The translations under genes were made by a program, and so were the position numbers. A stretch of DNA of 64,000 nucleotides. Origin: Octopus bimaculoides (lineage: Eukaryota). Below are positions 63,040 through 64,000 of this stretch, piece after piece. The DNA lies in contig NC_068982.1 of NCBI RefSeq assembly GCF_001194135.2, positions 30,298,602-30,362,601 on the forward strand, given 5' to 3'. Numbering within the stretch: the first letter of the stretch is position 1; the number at the start of each line of letters is the position of its first letter. The notes under the pieces are model-generated. The model made no database searches. It was not told where the DNA came from and was given only the letters and a program-made list of their open reading frames with translations.

Positions 63040-63797
63040 AGCAGTAAGAGACTCTGTATATGTGTTTTTAATGTTCCACTGGCACGAGTGCCAATCAGGC
63101 GGTATTGTCATTGGCCACATCAGCGATTTTGATTTGATTTCACTTGCCTCAGTAGGTCTTTACAAGCAAAGTTTATTGTCCAATGAATGAGGGGTATCCA
63201 TAAGTGGGCTGGTTACACCCACTGGCATAGGCCATGGGCTATGGGTTCACTTGGCTTGTCCGGTCTGCTCAAGCACAGCACATCACCAAAGGTCTCGGTC
63301 ACAAATCATTGCCTCAGTAAGGCCCAATGTTCGATGGTCGTGCTTCACTATCTCATTTAAATTTTTTCCTGGGTCTACCTCTTTCACAGGTTCCCTCAAC
63401 TGCTAGGGTGTGACACTTTTCCACACAGTTGTCTTCAATTATTCGCAAGACATGACCATACCAGCACAGTTGTCTCTCTTGCACACTACATCTGATGCTT
63501 CTTAAATCCAACTTTTCTCGCAGGGCGCTTACACTCTGTTGTTAATGCACACTGACATTACACATCCATCAGAGCATACTGGCTTCATTCCTTGCAAGCT
63601 TACGCATGTCCTCAGCAGTCACAGCCCATGTTTCACTACCATGTAGCATGGCTGTTCGTACACATGCGTCATACAATTTACCTTTTACTCTGAGTGAGAG
63701 GCCCTTTGTCACCAGCAGAGGTAGGAACTCTCTGAACTTTGCCCTGGCTATTCTTGTTCTTGCAGCTACACTTTCAAAGCATCCACCCTGCTGCTAA
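63040..63797 (-). mobile_element. 5'-truncated RTE-clade LINE (ORF C-terminus + 3' UTR)
   Basis: Translates GGCFESVAARTRIARAKFREFLPLLVTKGLSLRVKGKLYDACVRTAMLHGSETW...LCWYGHVLR...GRPRK...DRDLW, typical RTE post-RT motifs, with stops. Confidence 0.93.
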
Positions 63798-63826
63798 ATA
63801 TATCTATCTGTCTATCCATCTATCTA

Positions 63827-63871
<45 letters not shown>

Positions 63872-64000
63872 GGTTTAGATATAGATTCAAGGCTTGAATA
63901 TGGTACTTATGCGAAGGCACCCGAATTTCACATCCCAAAAGGATGGGTGATTAAAATCAAATAATAAGCAATACGGATTTCAAAAGTGATTGCAGTACGC

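Noticed and set aside
1-64000. CRISPR array or prokaryotic-type system
   Set aside because: No regularly spaced repeat-spacer units or operon-like ORFs. The sequence is eukaryotic repeat-rich DNA.

Overview
AT-rich, microsatellite-dense eukaryotic genomic DNA with 8 assembly gaps (972-1001, 8902-9344, 17759-17835, 20516-20861, 23358-23639, 31530-31588, 33022-33110, 36017-36352). The repeat spectrum suggests a coleoid cephalopod, most likely Octopus (inference, not verified). No intact protein-coding gene can be supported. The ORF-track hits are microsatellite, N-gap or repeat artefacts, apart from decayed transposon or retroposon coding remnants: mariner, DD37D/maT, RTE LINE, R4/Dong-like LINE and Penelope-like. 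The window is dominated by four tRNA-derived SINE families (my own labels SINE-A to SINE-D), RTE 3' tail modules, piggyBac-, hAT- and mariner-type MITEs and a Helitron. The most notable observations are: (1) a full-length U6 snRNA copy fused with no spacer to the 5' end of a SINE, with U6/SINE complementarity; (2) two independent insertions of a short hammerhead-ribozyme-bearing module, each with an 11-bp target-site duplication (TSD), the same 3' end and a 5' fold-back inversion; (3) four insertions from three families into one small site of SINE-B; (4) a 207-bp perfect local copy of a highly decayed SINE; and (5) a TAA-microsatellite landing pad holding a Dong-like LINE and two SINEs. Repeat boundaries are approximate unless a TSD is quoted.
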